From NCBI GenBank assembly GCA_039545335.1, contig BCIN01000002.1:1377118-1441117 (forward strand): a stretch of 64,000 bases of DNA, read 5' to 3'. The first letter of the stretch is position 1; each line of letters begins with the position of its first letter. Source of the DNA: Kondoa subrosea (Eukaryota). Position numbers and translations under genes: made by a program. Positions 13,438 to 26,861 of the stretch are shown here, in pieces. Below the pieces are notes generated by a model. The model did no database searches and had not been told where the DNA came from. It was given only the letters and a program-made list of their open reading frames with translations.

Positions 13438-14875
13438 TCAACTGTCGAGATTGGTGATTCTTGTTCCGTCCCTTTCGAGCGCTCTCTCCCTCATCCACCT
13501 ACTCAACCGTTCATAGACCACAAACGTCACTGATTCCAAATCCTCAGCTTCTTCTCCTCATACGCCGAGAAAATTCACTGACCACATGTACCAGGTAGAA
13601 CTCTTATCGCATTGGTAGCTAAACCGTTATAGAACGCTTTCAATCCTTCTCCTTTATACGTCCGTTTGACACAATCCATTATTGATGTATAAGGTCTTTT
13701 ACTTCCCAGTAAAGCGAGTTGTTCAGATTTTGGGAGACTTCTCAGAGCTAGTTCATTCTATTTGAGAGCGAAGGATTAGAATGAAGTAGAATGTGTAAAG
13801 TGAGAGAGATACCTGCATACGCGATCGAATGACCTGATACGGATAGGTGAGACCTATCGCTACTAATTTTGCTGAACCAGACATGAAGATATATTCCGTG
13901 TTTGTCTAATACTCAATTATTAGCACGACGTAGATGCGGTAAAGCAGAAGATTACTGACCAAATTAGTACTATCGTCTTCCCCTACTGAAGTAGTATCAC
14001 CCATTTTCCGTCTCTTTCTCTCTTTAGCCGATTTCTTTAGTTCTTCATAAGTCATGAATTGAATAGCTCCATTGCTAACTCCAACTAAAGCCAAGACAGT
14101 GCCTTTGTATAGACCAGGTAAACCTTCTTTTATAGCTATTCGATATATCCCGTCTATCCCCAAACAACAATCAGCAAAACCGAAAAATAACAGAATAAAA
14201 GAGGTAAAGGAAAAGCGGACCGAAAACATTCTTATAAGCTCCTTGACCATTCCGCCGGGATGTAAACATTCTTGTCTTGACTACCCACAACGGGTTTGTC
14301 ATTACAGCGGTAATTACACCTGTCAAGATAATCTTGTAAATTTGTCATCGCTGAATATGATTGAAGGAACACAAACCTGATTGAGCAGATGCGAGCAGAT
14401 GGGAACCAGCTGATAATTTCACAGTAGGATCTTGCCCAACCATACGTTTCTTGATCATTGTGTACCTGTATAGCCTTTCTCAACTCTTGAACTGACCGGA
14501 AAAGATGAAGAGATAATCTTACCATAGGAAATATAAACCCCAACTAGAAGCATTGCCCAATATGTTTGGTGTTAGACCTCTATACAACCCTCGATAACCA
14601 TCTTGCTTGACTATCGCATTAAGTGCAGTATATACTTGAGCTCCAGCATTCTTAGATCGCAATAGAGGTGATAAAGTCGTCTTGTTTGTCACTTGAAATT
14701 GAACTTTGAGTAAATCTAGAGGATGCATGCAGAGTGTTGAAATGATGCCTGCTCCAATTCCACATATCGCTTGATCCTGTTTACTTAGGAATTAAGCCTT
14801 GCATAAATCAGGACACAGCAGAGCACGAACGATAGCTGTATTACCGGTCCAAGCAGGTTCGTTGGAACTGGCCAT
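13438..14875 (-). CDS. FLX1: Mitochondrial carrier, FAD/folate type (Flx1/SLC25A32-like)
   Basis: DQAICGIGAG..MHPLDLLKVQFQ; GLYRGLTPNILGNASSWGLYFLW; TNPLWVVKTR; GAIQFMTYEELK; TYPYQVIRSR; TFVVYE (three PxDxxK-type repeats). Confidence 0.88.
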
Positions 14876-14940
14876 TGCTTGACAAGAAATATTCGTGGAT
14901 CTTGGATCTCAACAGCCAACAGTCTGGTCTGCTTGTGGAA

Positions 14941-16132
<1,192 letters not shown>

Positions 16133-16439
16133 ACGATAGGCCAGAACTCCTTCGTGTGGCCGAACATCCGCTCAAGCGACTCTATGTATTTTTATTCCTG
16201 CCGGCGCTTCAACTTGCTTCCTACTCTTACCTCTGCTGTTTTTTCCTGTGTTCGCCTGTTGTCTGCTCGCTTTGTGTCATTCGATATGAATGTGTTAGAT
16301 GAAACATTCCATTGCGCTCTAGCCCTCTTCTAACATTGCTTCGGGCTGACTAATGTAACTCCTTTACGTCGCTTGCCGAGTGTATCTCTCCTTACTCTAC
16401 CTCCTCCTGCTCACACAAGCACTCTTCTTCTTCTTCACC

Positions 16440-16939
16440 ATGCACGGTAGAACAATGAATGGAACTCGGTTCGATGTGAAAGCTGCATATGATGCGATGA
16501 ACAGGATGGAAATGGATAATATCGGAAGATTCATGGCAGAAGGTACATTTCTTTATTTCTTTTCTTGAATGCTTTACTGACCAAAAAGGCCAATTAGATG
16601 GAACGTTATTCCCAGCTGGCAAACCTCCCATCAAAGGTCGAGCGGCTATTGTAGAATTTATGACCTCCACCTTCGCCAACTTTAAGACTGTTAATCACTA
16701 TGATCTCGATACTAAAGTCATCGAACACACGGTCTTTGTTGAAGGGAAATATATCTATACTTTGCAAAGCGGGGTGGACTTACCTGTCATGGGCTTCTTG
16801 TCAAAGATTCTCGTCAATGATAAAGGTGAAGCTGTGGTAGGCATTTCACTTCTTTGCAGGACATGCGACTGACAGATACCGATAGATTCTGAAGACTTAT
16901 AATGACGCTCCCTCTGGTGCTTTGGGGCATAAGGACTGA
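16440..16939 (+). CDS. Small SnoaL/NTF2-like fold protein (3 exons)
   Basis: VKAAYDAMNRMEMDNIGRFMAE|DGTLFPAGKPPIKGRAAIVEFM...TVFVEGKYIYTL, a typical SnoaL-like pattern; start uncertain. Confidence 0.6.
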
Positions 16940-17348
16940 AGCTGCACGGAATATAGTAGCTGCAGCGAAGCATAACGTGAAGACCGGTCACTAGACCAGA
17001 ATAGCACATATTTATGAGAAGAAAGCACTGTCCACAGCATGCGCAAAGCGGCTCGCTTTAGCTACTTGACTTCCAGAAGAGGTTGCAGCACATATCTGAC
17101 TACCGAAGCGCACTGTAGGTGCAACACCACTTAGATAGCTGTTGCAATGGCGTAAAGCAAGAGGAGTAATAAAAGTCAGAACATCGGGAGACAGATGGTC
17201 TGCACAGAAGATAGAAGAGAAGACAAGTTCCCAAGTTGTTGTACCCTAGTGCAGCATAAGTATGATGTCGCGATACATCAGCAAAACAGCGAGATTCTCA
17301 AATGGATCAACAATTGTGTCATGACCAAAATAAGGCATGATGAATCTA

Positions 17349-18259
17349 CTAGTCAAGGCTAGCAATTACTTGCTGATGTAGAGCTTCAGTTTGCTTCTCT
17401 TTGGTCTCCTTGGCTGCCTTGTAAGCTACGCCCATTCGACGGCACTCATCGCGATGTTTAGGCCAGGCTTGCTTCTGGCAAGACTAGACAAAAATTATCA
17501 GGTGCAACAAAAGTCCAAGATCATACTGACAATAGAGCAGAAGCGCTTTACCTAAAATCCAATTTGATCAGATCTGAGTTCCCAGATGAAAGATAGAGAG
17601 AGAGGAAGAAAATACCTTGCATCCGCCGCAGACCTTCATTGCAACATCTGGGCCGACATTGTTGAAACAATCCTCATTTGTGCAAGTGTTCCATGATTCC
17701 ACCTGTTTCTGTGTCTTGTTCTTATTTTGAAACTCCTTGCGGAAGTTAGTTGTTGCGACGTAGCATTCTGGTTTTGAGCAACGGCAATCTATGTATGGGC
17801 AAGCGCGATGAGAATGGATTGACCACGATACAAAAAGACTCACACAAAATCATATACATTCTGTGACCGTATCCCTCTGAACGCATAGCCAGAAACCCAG
17901 TCATACCGGTATTATCAGCGGGCTCCTTGCAGATCATACAGGTATAGTGATCAATAATTTTGATTTCCTTGGCGACGATCAACTTCGCAGATAGATTCAG
18001 GTCAAACGGAACCTTCGTTGACTTGAAATACGACCCGACGAACCTGAACAAACGCATCTAGTAGAGCATCAAACATGCTTGGATCGCCGACCAAGTCGGT
18101 AGAGGATTTGATGTTGAGTAAAATCGGTTCGCCCTTATACACGCCCTTGCATACGAAAGGCAATGGCACGAAGCGGTCCTCTACAGTTTGGCCTTTGCCA
18201 TGTCCATGAAACAGGATAATTTGTAGTGCGAGAAAGGGTTCTGCATCTGCAAAAGCCAT
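17349..18259 (-). CDS. MYND-type zinc finger protein
   Basis: Spliced C-terminus CTNEDC..KVCGGCK|VKRFCSI|SCQKQAWPKHRDEC matches MYND; an additional CMIC...CSKPEC cluster lies upstream. Confidence 0.78.
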
Positions 18260-18985
18260 TTCGTAAGAGCTAAAGTATGGCCGGAATGTATTCAAGAAAT
18301 CGTCAAGAGGCGTGAATGAAGCAAGAGAGACTTGACGAGACAACTGGCGGAGATGCGACGAGCCAAAACTCAATTCTTGAGATTAGGAAGATGTACGTAT
18401 GAGATCCGGAAGAGTGCGAGTTTGAGAGAGGGAGCTCAAAATGAGGATGCTTAGGTATAAGCTGACAGGTATAGCGAAGGACAAGAGAAGGGTATGATGC
18501 GAGCACGTGGTTACGTAAGAAGCCCTATATTTCGTTGAACCGAGTTGGTGAAAGCATTTGGGCCACTGATACTTCAAACAGTTTGTGAGAGAACTATTAC
18601 GATGTTTCTACCCTATAGTATTCCAAAGGTACCCTCTTCATTTGATTTACCTTGGATGTGCGCTGGATGCTGCACCGTGACCATCGAGAAGCAAGAGAAG
18701 GCTTGATAGAGCGTAAGCTACTCTCATGATACAGCTAGCATCAGGTGTCGTAATAAGACGCACATTGACCAGGTACACGATCATAGAACGAAATATCTCG
18801 ACATACAGTGACACAGCCGTTGAGTGGCGCCAGCTTTGCTGTGTGCGGAAATCAATGCAGGTGACATCGATATGTATCTGGCTGAATATGTTAGCCTTAG
18901 TCGCAGCGGCACGAAATTGCAGATCACAGACCTCGAAAGATACATGTTCAATGCTACATCACCGACCAATAGTCCGGCGGATTGC

Positions 18986-19616
18986 TTAAAGTGTAGATCC
19001 TTTGATGATGACGATCAGAGTAGCAGCGAAGACGAGAGCAATGTTAGCGAAATTGACTATTTGTCTCGATGATCAATACCAGCTTAAGACTCGCACGATC
19101 ATGAGGAACTTACATGATCGACTGAGCTTCCCACTTTGGACGAATCCTTTCCTTCTAACGAAATCCCGCGTCATAGTAAAGTACTCGATCGTCGCATGAG
19201 CGAGGTTGAGAAATGAGAAGATGAAGAGGAGGATCCCAAGCTGAAAGCTTATATTCAGCAATCGGGACTCGAGCATAGAAAGGCAAGCAAAGCACAGGAA
19301 AAGCGATATCCCAATCTAGAGGATTCTGCTTGGTAGGCTCGCTGGTGAACCGAAAGCGAATGATGAAAGCGGCAGCAACAACGCTCAGAGTGACCGAGCT
19401 ATTCAAGCAGGCTAAGAGACAGCAAGTCAGAGGGAGGAAGAAGGCATACTTCTTGATATAAGACAGGAAATCTTGGGACCGAAGTATTAGCTTGATTGAG
19501 ACTGCAGAGGCAACACTTGACGGACTGCGTTCTCGAGCGAGATAGTCTCTCGCTGTCGAGCCATCATTGGGCACCTCAGGACCTTTTCCAAACCATTTTC
19601 GCGTCGACAATGACAT
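18986..19616 (-). CDS. DUF202 (YidH/VTC-type 3-TM) membrane protein
   Basis: VPNDGSTARDYLARER|NFLSYIK signature followed by three hydrophobic helices; ends LIVIIKGSTL*. Confidence 0.78.
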
Positions 19617-19675
19617 TGTTCGGCAACAACTTGTACAATTATCTAATTGTCCATTATCTGATGTCCATGCAAAAG

Positions 19676-21860
19676 TTAACATAAATACATCAGCAATATC
19701 ACCCCACTGGCTATCAACGCGTCCCTTGAATTGAGTACGGAAGCAGAAGAGTAGACTTTTGAAGTTGGAGCTACTCCCGCTTGGAGGAAACTTGCATTGG
19801 TAGTAGGTGTCACAGAAGGAGCCCCAGGAGGACCGAACTGTCACACCATTCAAATCAATTCAATGCTCGCGAAAGCAGAAAAAAGGTGATGACTTACCGC
19901 TGCTCCACTATGAACAAAAGGCAGAGTAGTATTGACTGCTTCCCCAGGTTGCGGATAATAGCTGGAGAACAAGTTTCGTTTCAATGGTGCAAAGCCAACA
20001 GCATATGTTGGTGCATATCGATAAGCGGAATAGACGTTCTTGAGAAAAGCAGCCCTGTCATGAACAATTTGGATAATAAGCGTTGTCTCGCTTATGCCAC
20101 CATTTGCCACTGACCCCACAACCCATGAAATGACAGCTTTGCTGCCGGCTGATAACGCCAGATCAAAGAAAACGCCTAAACATTGAGCTTCGGTTGTGGC
20201 AGTAGCAGGTTGGAAAGTTCCCAGATTGAAATCGGCCTCAGTCATGTTATAAGCCTGTACGGAAACCATATCATCAATACTGTTTTAGTACAGTACAGAG
20301 GATATCTCGACGTACAATTCCTCCGAAAGAAAGCGCGAGTGTGAAGTTCTGATCACAAGGATATGTCCAATACCCTGCTCAACATATATCAGCTCTACCC
20401 AAGCACTACTTGACTAGCGCAAAGGACGCACCAGCAAATTCTCCACTCGTCTTCGCCGAACCAGGAATCATAGCATACAAACTTTCCACTACATCCGGTG
20501 GTCCACCGATGAGTGTCGTACCCGTATCGATAGCAGTGTTAGTCATGTTGACTCCAGGTAATGAAGTACCATTGAACAAGATTTCATCCATTGGAATGAC
20601 CCAATAAGATTCTGCTCCTTGTGGAATATCGACAAAAGTCAAGTTGCCTTCGTAAGATGAATTGGAGAGAGATCCGAGTGTGAAGATACCGCCGTATTCT
20701 GAATCATCCGCTGAAGAAATGTTGACGAATCGAGATAGAGCAAAGGAGAAACCCGGGAAAGACATGGTTGCTGTTGTGTTTGGAGTGGATAGAAGACTTT
20801 GCCAGAATGGCATAGATTGAGATGTAGAGAGAGATTGGAAGCCGAGGCCTGTAGGGAGTCAAAAACAGACTTATCAGCATGATACTGAAGTTTTGAGTTG
20901 CTTATCTACCCATCAAGCCTGATGTATTCCCCGAAAGCATATTTGTAGACACTTGATCACACACACCCAAGTTCTGCATAACACTTCTTCCACCTAGCGT
21001 GACCAAGTCAGAATATAATTGACCTCCAGCTCGACCCTATCAAATGAATTGAGCACTTTCGCCTTCGCCTGCGTGATTATGAAAGTAAGCTTACAGAACC
21101 ATAACGTATGCTGAAATCGCGATTCTGATATTGGCTAAAAGCAGAGATCGAGGTGTTATATTTAGGACCAGTTCCACAAGTTGAATTATCGCAAGCTGAA
21201 GAACCTAACCATAAATCCGCTGAACCTGTGTCGAGTACGACGGAGAAAGTTTGAGGCGGGAATCCGACCGTTATTGGAGCCTAGTACAATTGAATGAGAT
21301 CTTGAAACGTGTTTTGAGATTTACACATACAAGGTATTCGCTGGCCGTAATTCATCAGCTGAAATACTTGGAATGATGAATTGATGAACTTACAGATCCG
21401 AGAGATAATTCGTAAGGTTGACCAGACCAAGATTGGCAGGAGAAGCGGAGGAACTAGCAGACGAGGGTCGGGCGCCATTGATAGAACTCGCGTAGCTGTT
21501 GCTACTCGCTCCTGAAGGTCTCACTGACGCATCCACTAATCCACCCTGTCTCTTCCTGACTAAAGGCATAGGTCCATCACCTGTTTCCTGCTCCTCCTCC
21601 TCATAGGTATACTTTGCATTGATTCTGCCCTTCTCCCTTATAGCCCATTGACTGAGCTCATGACTTGATCGTTTCCTGTTGTTCGATCTTCGGTACAAAG
21701 GCACATGAATAGGGTGGTCCAATATAAATGGAAGGGTGCTTGGAATGTTTGAAGAATCCGGTGCACTGGTTTGACTCGGAAACGTTATGGCCAGCACTTC
21801 GGTCGGTAAGGTGGCCAACAGGATAGCCAGGCAGGCCGTCAATGTAGTCTGGCTCAGCAT
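19676..21860 (-). CDS. Pepsin-family (A1) aspartic protease, secreted, probably GPI-anchored (yapsin-like)
   Basis: Signal peptide MLSQTTLTACLAILLATLPTEVLA; pro-region with KR sites; VVLDTGSADLW and AIDTGTTLIGGP; GLMGLGF; S/T-rich then hydrophobic C-terminus ..ALIASGVILLMYLC*. Confidence 0.9.
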
Positions 21861-21918
21861 TACTTCGGTGGTATAAGGTCGAGTGTTGTATTTTGCCAAG
21901 TTTGGCTTTGGACGAGCA

Positions 21919-23744
21919 ATGTCAACGAATGGCTCCATAGACTCAAAGGCTGATGTCAGTGTTCCCTCAGCACGATATGCAAAGCCGGATATTGACAACT
22001 GATCCAGGAGGCCCTGGCTTCGGATGCTCACGCAAATAAAGGTGCTGTCTAAATCTCACTTGATACAGGCAGCTCAGCTCATTAGGCCCTGTAGTCACTG
22101 TAATTCTTGGTTCGCAATGGTAATTCTCGCTGACTCTTCATAACTCTCGCTAACTCTAACCTAGGGGTGACGAAGTAAGCTACTTTGCTCTTTGATGTTC
22201 TTATCTTACCTCAAGTTCCCGAATTGAAATAGGGAAAAGGCAAACTTGCAGATATCTTAGCTGGAGCAGCAGATGTCTGTGCTCGATGTGCAGGAGGAAA
22301 CAATGCAGGTCACACTGTGCGTTCTTCTTCGAGTTTTGGGTGACTTAAACTAAATCTCTTGTGTCACTCAGATTGTTGTTGATTTGAAACAAGGCAAAGG
22401 TAGACAGAAGTTTGATTTTCATCTGCTTCCTAGTGGTAAGACTCAGTCTCTCTCTTTTGCTGTCTTTCAGCTGGATGGGGTTCTTGAATCCTACAGGTCT
22501 TGTCAATCCCTCTTGTGTTGGGTTTGTTGGTTCCGGAGTGGTTGTTCATCTGCCATCGTTCTTCGACGAACTAGACGCATTAGAAGCTAAAGGTACCTTC
22601 TCTTCCCCCAATGCGTCTAAAATTTCCTGAACCTGTTTTTTAGGACTGAATTGCGACAACCGGCTTTTCGTCTCTGATCGAGCTCACCTAGTCTTCGATT
22701 TCCATCAAGTAGTAGATGGATTGAAAGAGGTTGAATTAGGTGGTTCTTCAATCGGGACAACCAAAAAAGGAATCGGTCCAGCTTATTCTTCGAAAGCGTC
22801 TCGGTCTGGTCTGAGGATTCATCATCTTTATGATTTCCCTTTGTTTGAAAAGAAGTTCCGAAGTTTGGTAGAAGGCCGATTCAAGAGATATGGACATTTC
22901 GAGTACGACACAGAAGCGGAAATCGAACGCTACAAGGTTCGTTTCATCATCCGTGAAGATGGACATGCGGCTCATAGATAACGAACAGAAACTGGCTGAG
23001 CGACTAAGACCTCATATAGTCGATGGTGTTCTTTTCTTACATGAAGCTCTTGCGTCCCAAAAACGAGTTTTAGTTGAGGGAGCCAATGCACTCATGTTGG
23101 ATCTCGATTTTGGTACCTACCCTTACGTGACTTCTTCTTCCACGTCCATTGGCGGAGTCTGTACTGGTTTGGGTTTACCACCTCAAAAGATTGGCAAAGT
23201 TATTGGTGTTGTGAAAGCTTACACTACCCGAGTCGGAGCTGGACCATTCCCTACTGAACAACTGAATCCTGTTGGAGAACATCTGCAAGAAGTAGGTGCT
23301 GAATGGGGTGTCACAACAGGCAGAAGAAGGAGATGCGGATGGTTGGATCTGGTCGTTTTGCGTCATTCTACTCTCATCAACGGGTATACATCTTTGAACC
23401 TCACCAAACTTGACGTACTGGATCAATTGGACGAATTAAAGATTGGAATTGCTTATGAATTGGAAGGAAAAGAGATCAAAGGTTTCCCTGCGGATTTGGA
23501 ACAAGTTGCAAAAGTTCAAGTCAAATACCATACCATGCCTGGTTGGAAACAAAGTATCGAACAAGTTACAAAGTACCAAGATCTGCCAGAAAATTGCAGG
23601 AGATATGTAGAGTATATAGAGAAATTTGTCGGTGTACCGATTCAGTATATAGGCGTTGGGCCTGGAAGGGAATCGATGATTGTGGTAGGTCGAATTCAAC
23701 AGAGCTCTTGCGCGCTAACTTAGATGTTATTGCAGAAATCTTGA
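21919..23744 (+). CDS. ADE12: Adenylosuccinate synthetase
   Basis: VILGSQW|GDE|GKGKL P-loop, [67 protein letters not shown]. Confidence 0.96.
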
Positions 23745-23949
23745 TTGGGCCCAAAAAAAAAAGATCTTGCCGTTCGTTGTACCAATGTCATGATTGTTGG
23801 TACTGAAAGCCGAACAACACTCTCAATTCACTTCGCTGCTATATCGTTCAACCAGCTGTAGCAGAACGGCAGGCGAGACGAGCGTCCCCAAGAGTCAATT
23901 GTCTATACAATTACTTTGTTTTCAATTTAGTCACGTGCGGGATATCACA

Positions 23950-26098
23950 CTATTGGCCCACTACTTGCTTAGCTGGTCCGCCTTTCGCATTGAGCTCTTC
24001 TGTCATGGCAGCAATGACTATTACTAGACGATCAGCATATATAATTCTGTCAATAATCTACACTGACTAGCTGCACCGACACCAGAACCATCTTCGGCGA
24101 GATATGTTTTGATCACTCTACCCTTTTCGCCAAAGATATCGATGAGGGCTTCTTCTAATCGCTCAGGGAATTTAGGGTATTTTCTGTCAAAAGCTTCAGC
24201 GAAGTACTTCCGCACGACACAAAGCCCCTACTGGTATAGAGAGCCGTCCGTGGCAACACCGCAGACGCCCTACGTATATATTTCAGCAGAGTTTGCCTGA
24301 ACAGTTGAATCGCCTGACCTTTTCATCAATATAGCCCATCTTGCTTGCAATCGCAGCAATACCACATGCAGACAATCGAGCAGCTCTTGTGCCTATCAGT
24401 TGCGCCAAGCGGCGGAAGAACTGCCTTTCGGCGATTGTGGTGTCGAGACCAAAGAAATGAGTGAAGACGCCAGTAACGCTGCGAGAAATCTAAGCCGAAT
24501 TGCAGCAGCAATACCCAGTAACTCACGTCAAAAGTTCCTCCGTAGGGTCAGATTCGATAAGCGAGAGGAAAGCAGTGTCAAATGATTCCCTCTTCTCAAT
24601 CTTGTAGGCGTTCTGTGCGTGCACGAGGTGCCGATAAGCAGCAATAGCTTCATGGCCGCGTATCACTCACCTGACCAAGGAAAAGCACACCTTCATCTAT
24701 CATTTCTACAATGACCTGTCTGAAGATTTCGCCAAGGTAATTGCCAGCAATCATCTGTACGTATGGCCTTAACTAACGCGATTAAACGCGGTATTCAAGA
24801 CTCTCGCACCTTTTCGAAAGCTTGTTCTCCCGGTTTGTTGCTTTCTTGATCAATTCGAGTGTCGTAAGGTGTTCGAGGTAAACTTTGACCTCCGAATTCC
24901 TCATCGTTGTCTTTGCCTGTTGAATCGAATGCTCCCCATTCGCAGCTACTTCCAATATCAGTAATATCACAACGACGTCCGTATGAGACCTACTTGATAG
25001 CCATAAGCGTGTCATCTGGCAGACCAAGATGCTTGATCTTGGGAATATTGCCAGCTTTCTCCATATAGGCAGCATTGCAACCGGTACCGAAGATGATGCC
25101 CATCTTAGTATCTCTATCAGCGTAATGCGAAGCAATCAGAGTTCCGGTTGTGTCGTTTATGCATGCGACAATGTCGATTGGAACGTCCTGTGAGCACAAA
25201 GCAAACTCCATAATCAGGTCAGGCTGATCTGGGCGCTGTCAACTTACGAATTTCTCGACACTCTGCTGGAGCATCTTGACAACATCTTCGCCTTCCACAC
25301 CCGGCGCACCGAAACCCTTTGTCCAGCGAATAAGTTTAGCATGATCGATCTTATCTTGCCTGCTCAACCGTTAGATCGGATGATAACAGCAAGAGAGATT
25401 CTCACGAGCAAGGGTATGAAAAGGTGAAACCTAAAGGTAGTTTCTTTTCCAATGGTTCGTCGCCAAAATTATCAGCAACGAATGACGCTAGACATTCTGC
25501 GCAGAAGTCGACTGTGAGATCACAGATATCTTATCAGATCTAGGCTGACACTGTATCTGCAATGTCCTCACATAATCCCTGACCAGGTGCTTGTTTCTGT
25601 TCTTCTGTAAGCTTGTATTTTGTTTGCAGGATCTCGAATTTGCCGTCGCCTTCTAGAGTCACTTGGCAGACTCGCAGCTGTATGCCAATCGAGATCTGAG
25701 AAGCAAGACTTCACTGGATATGCCTTTGACGTACATTGGTCCCTCCTAGATCAACAGCTAGGTATGGCCCGGTTTCTTTGCCTGTTGGCCAGCCGTAGCT
25801 GCTCGCCATATACGCGCACATCAGCACAAGACTGAAAGCACCAAAAAATGGCGAACACATAAGTTGGGATCATCGGCTAAGCGAAATCTTAGTATTAGCC
25901 GTATCTGGTCCGATACGAGCTTACGACCATCTTTCCATCCTCTGCTAGACCTCGTTCAAGTGTATCAATGAACGAATCCACCTTAAAAAACTACTGAATC
26001 GCCGTCCTGCAGTTCCAGATTCATAGACATACGATCATTCTCATTCTCTGAGGGGTGATAGTGAATAATTGCTCCAACTTCCGCAAATAAGAAGCCAT
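23950..26098 (-). CDS. Hexokinase (possible extra 5' exons up to ~26333)
   Basis: MASYLRKLEQLFTITPQRMRMI; LAVDLGGTNLRVC; PLGFTFSYPC; RWTKGF; INDTTGTL; IIFGTGCNAAYME; DGSLY; AEDGSGVGAA. Confidence 0.95.
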
Positions 26099-26861
26099 CT
26101 AATATACATATCTTAGCAAGAACGTAATAGCTCGGTATTATTCCGCAGGCGCAAAACTTACATCCTTCTTGCTAGCGCTTGGTAGAGGTTCATGAGCATC
26201 GGTTCTGTACAGAATAAATCATAAGCAAAAGCGCTGGGGATTATAGGATGCTTCTGAGCGGAATGACAACGCCGAGAATTGACGAGCAAGCGAGCGCCAG
26301 CTCTCCTGACCATTGCATCAAAACGAAGAACCATAAGACCATGAAAGCTGCGGCCGGTCCAAATCTTCAGATTCCAGGACTGACGACTGAATAGCAACTG
26401 ATTCAGGCTATGCTTTGACATCGGTTTGATGCGCATGAATCTTCATGGGAAGACATATTGAAGACCAAGTAGTAGATATAGAGCGGAGCCACAGATATAA
26501 GACGGTATAGAGCAAGACGTAGGAGTTTTCAGCAATTCAGGTTTGACCTTACCGTCTAAAGACTGCACTTGAGCCAGATTTCAAATCACCGTGATGACTA
26601 GAGCGTCTGCGGTGACTGGCTGAACCTCTGCGGTATTGGGCTCCAGCTGCTGAAACTGGCGGACTGTCCTTGTCTTCGCCCGGCTTCGTCATCTTAAATG
26701 CAGGGTTTGAGAAGCTCATGTTGAAGTCTGGCTATCTCGTAAAAATAGATAAAGGTAGTCTTGAAGTAAGGTTACTGCGCGCCGTTCCGACAAGTGAAAA
26801 GAACAGGCGAAGGTCGTGTCAGGTCAAAAGCAGTCGAAACTGTTCTAAATGGAGCGAGCAG

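Noticed and set aside
18726..19072. Plus-strand ORFs of 82-87 aa
   Set aside because: Partly antisense to the DUF202 last exon; no motif support.
26590..26655. Box C (GTGATGA) ... box D (CTGA) arrangement suggesting a C/D snoRNA
   Set aside because: No convincing terminal stem and no rRNA-complementary guide that I could recognise; such motifs arise by chance.
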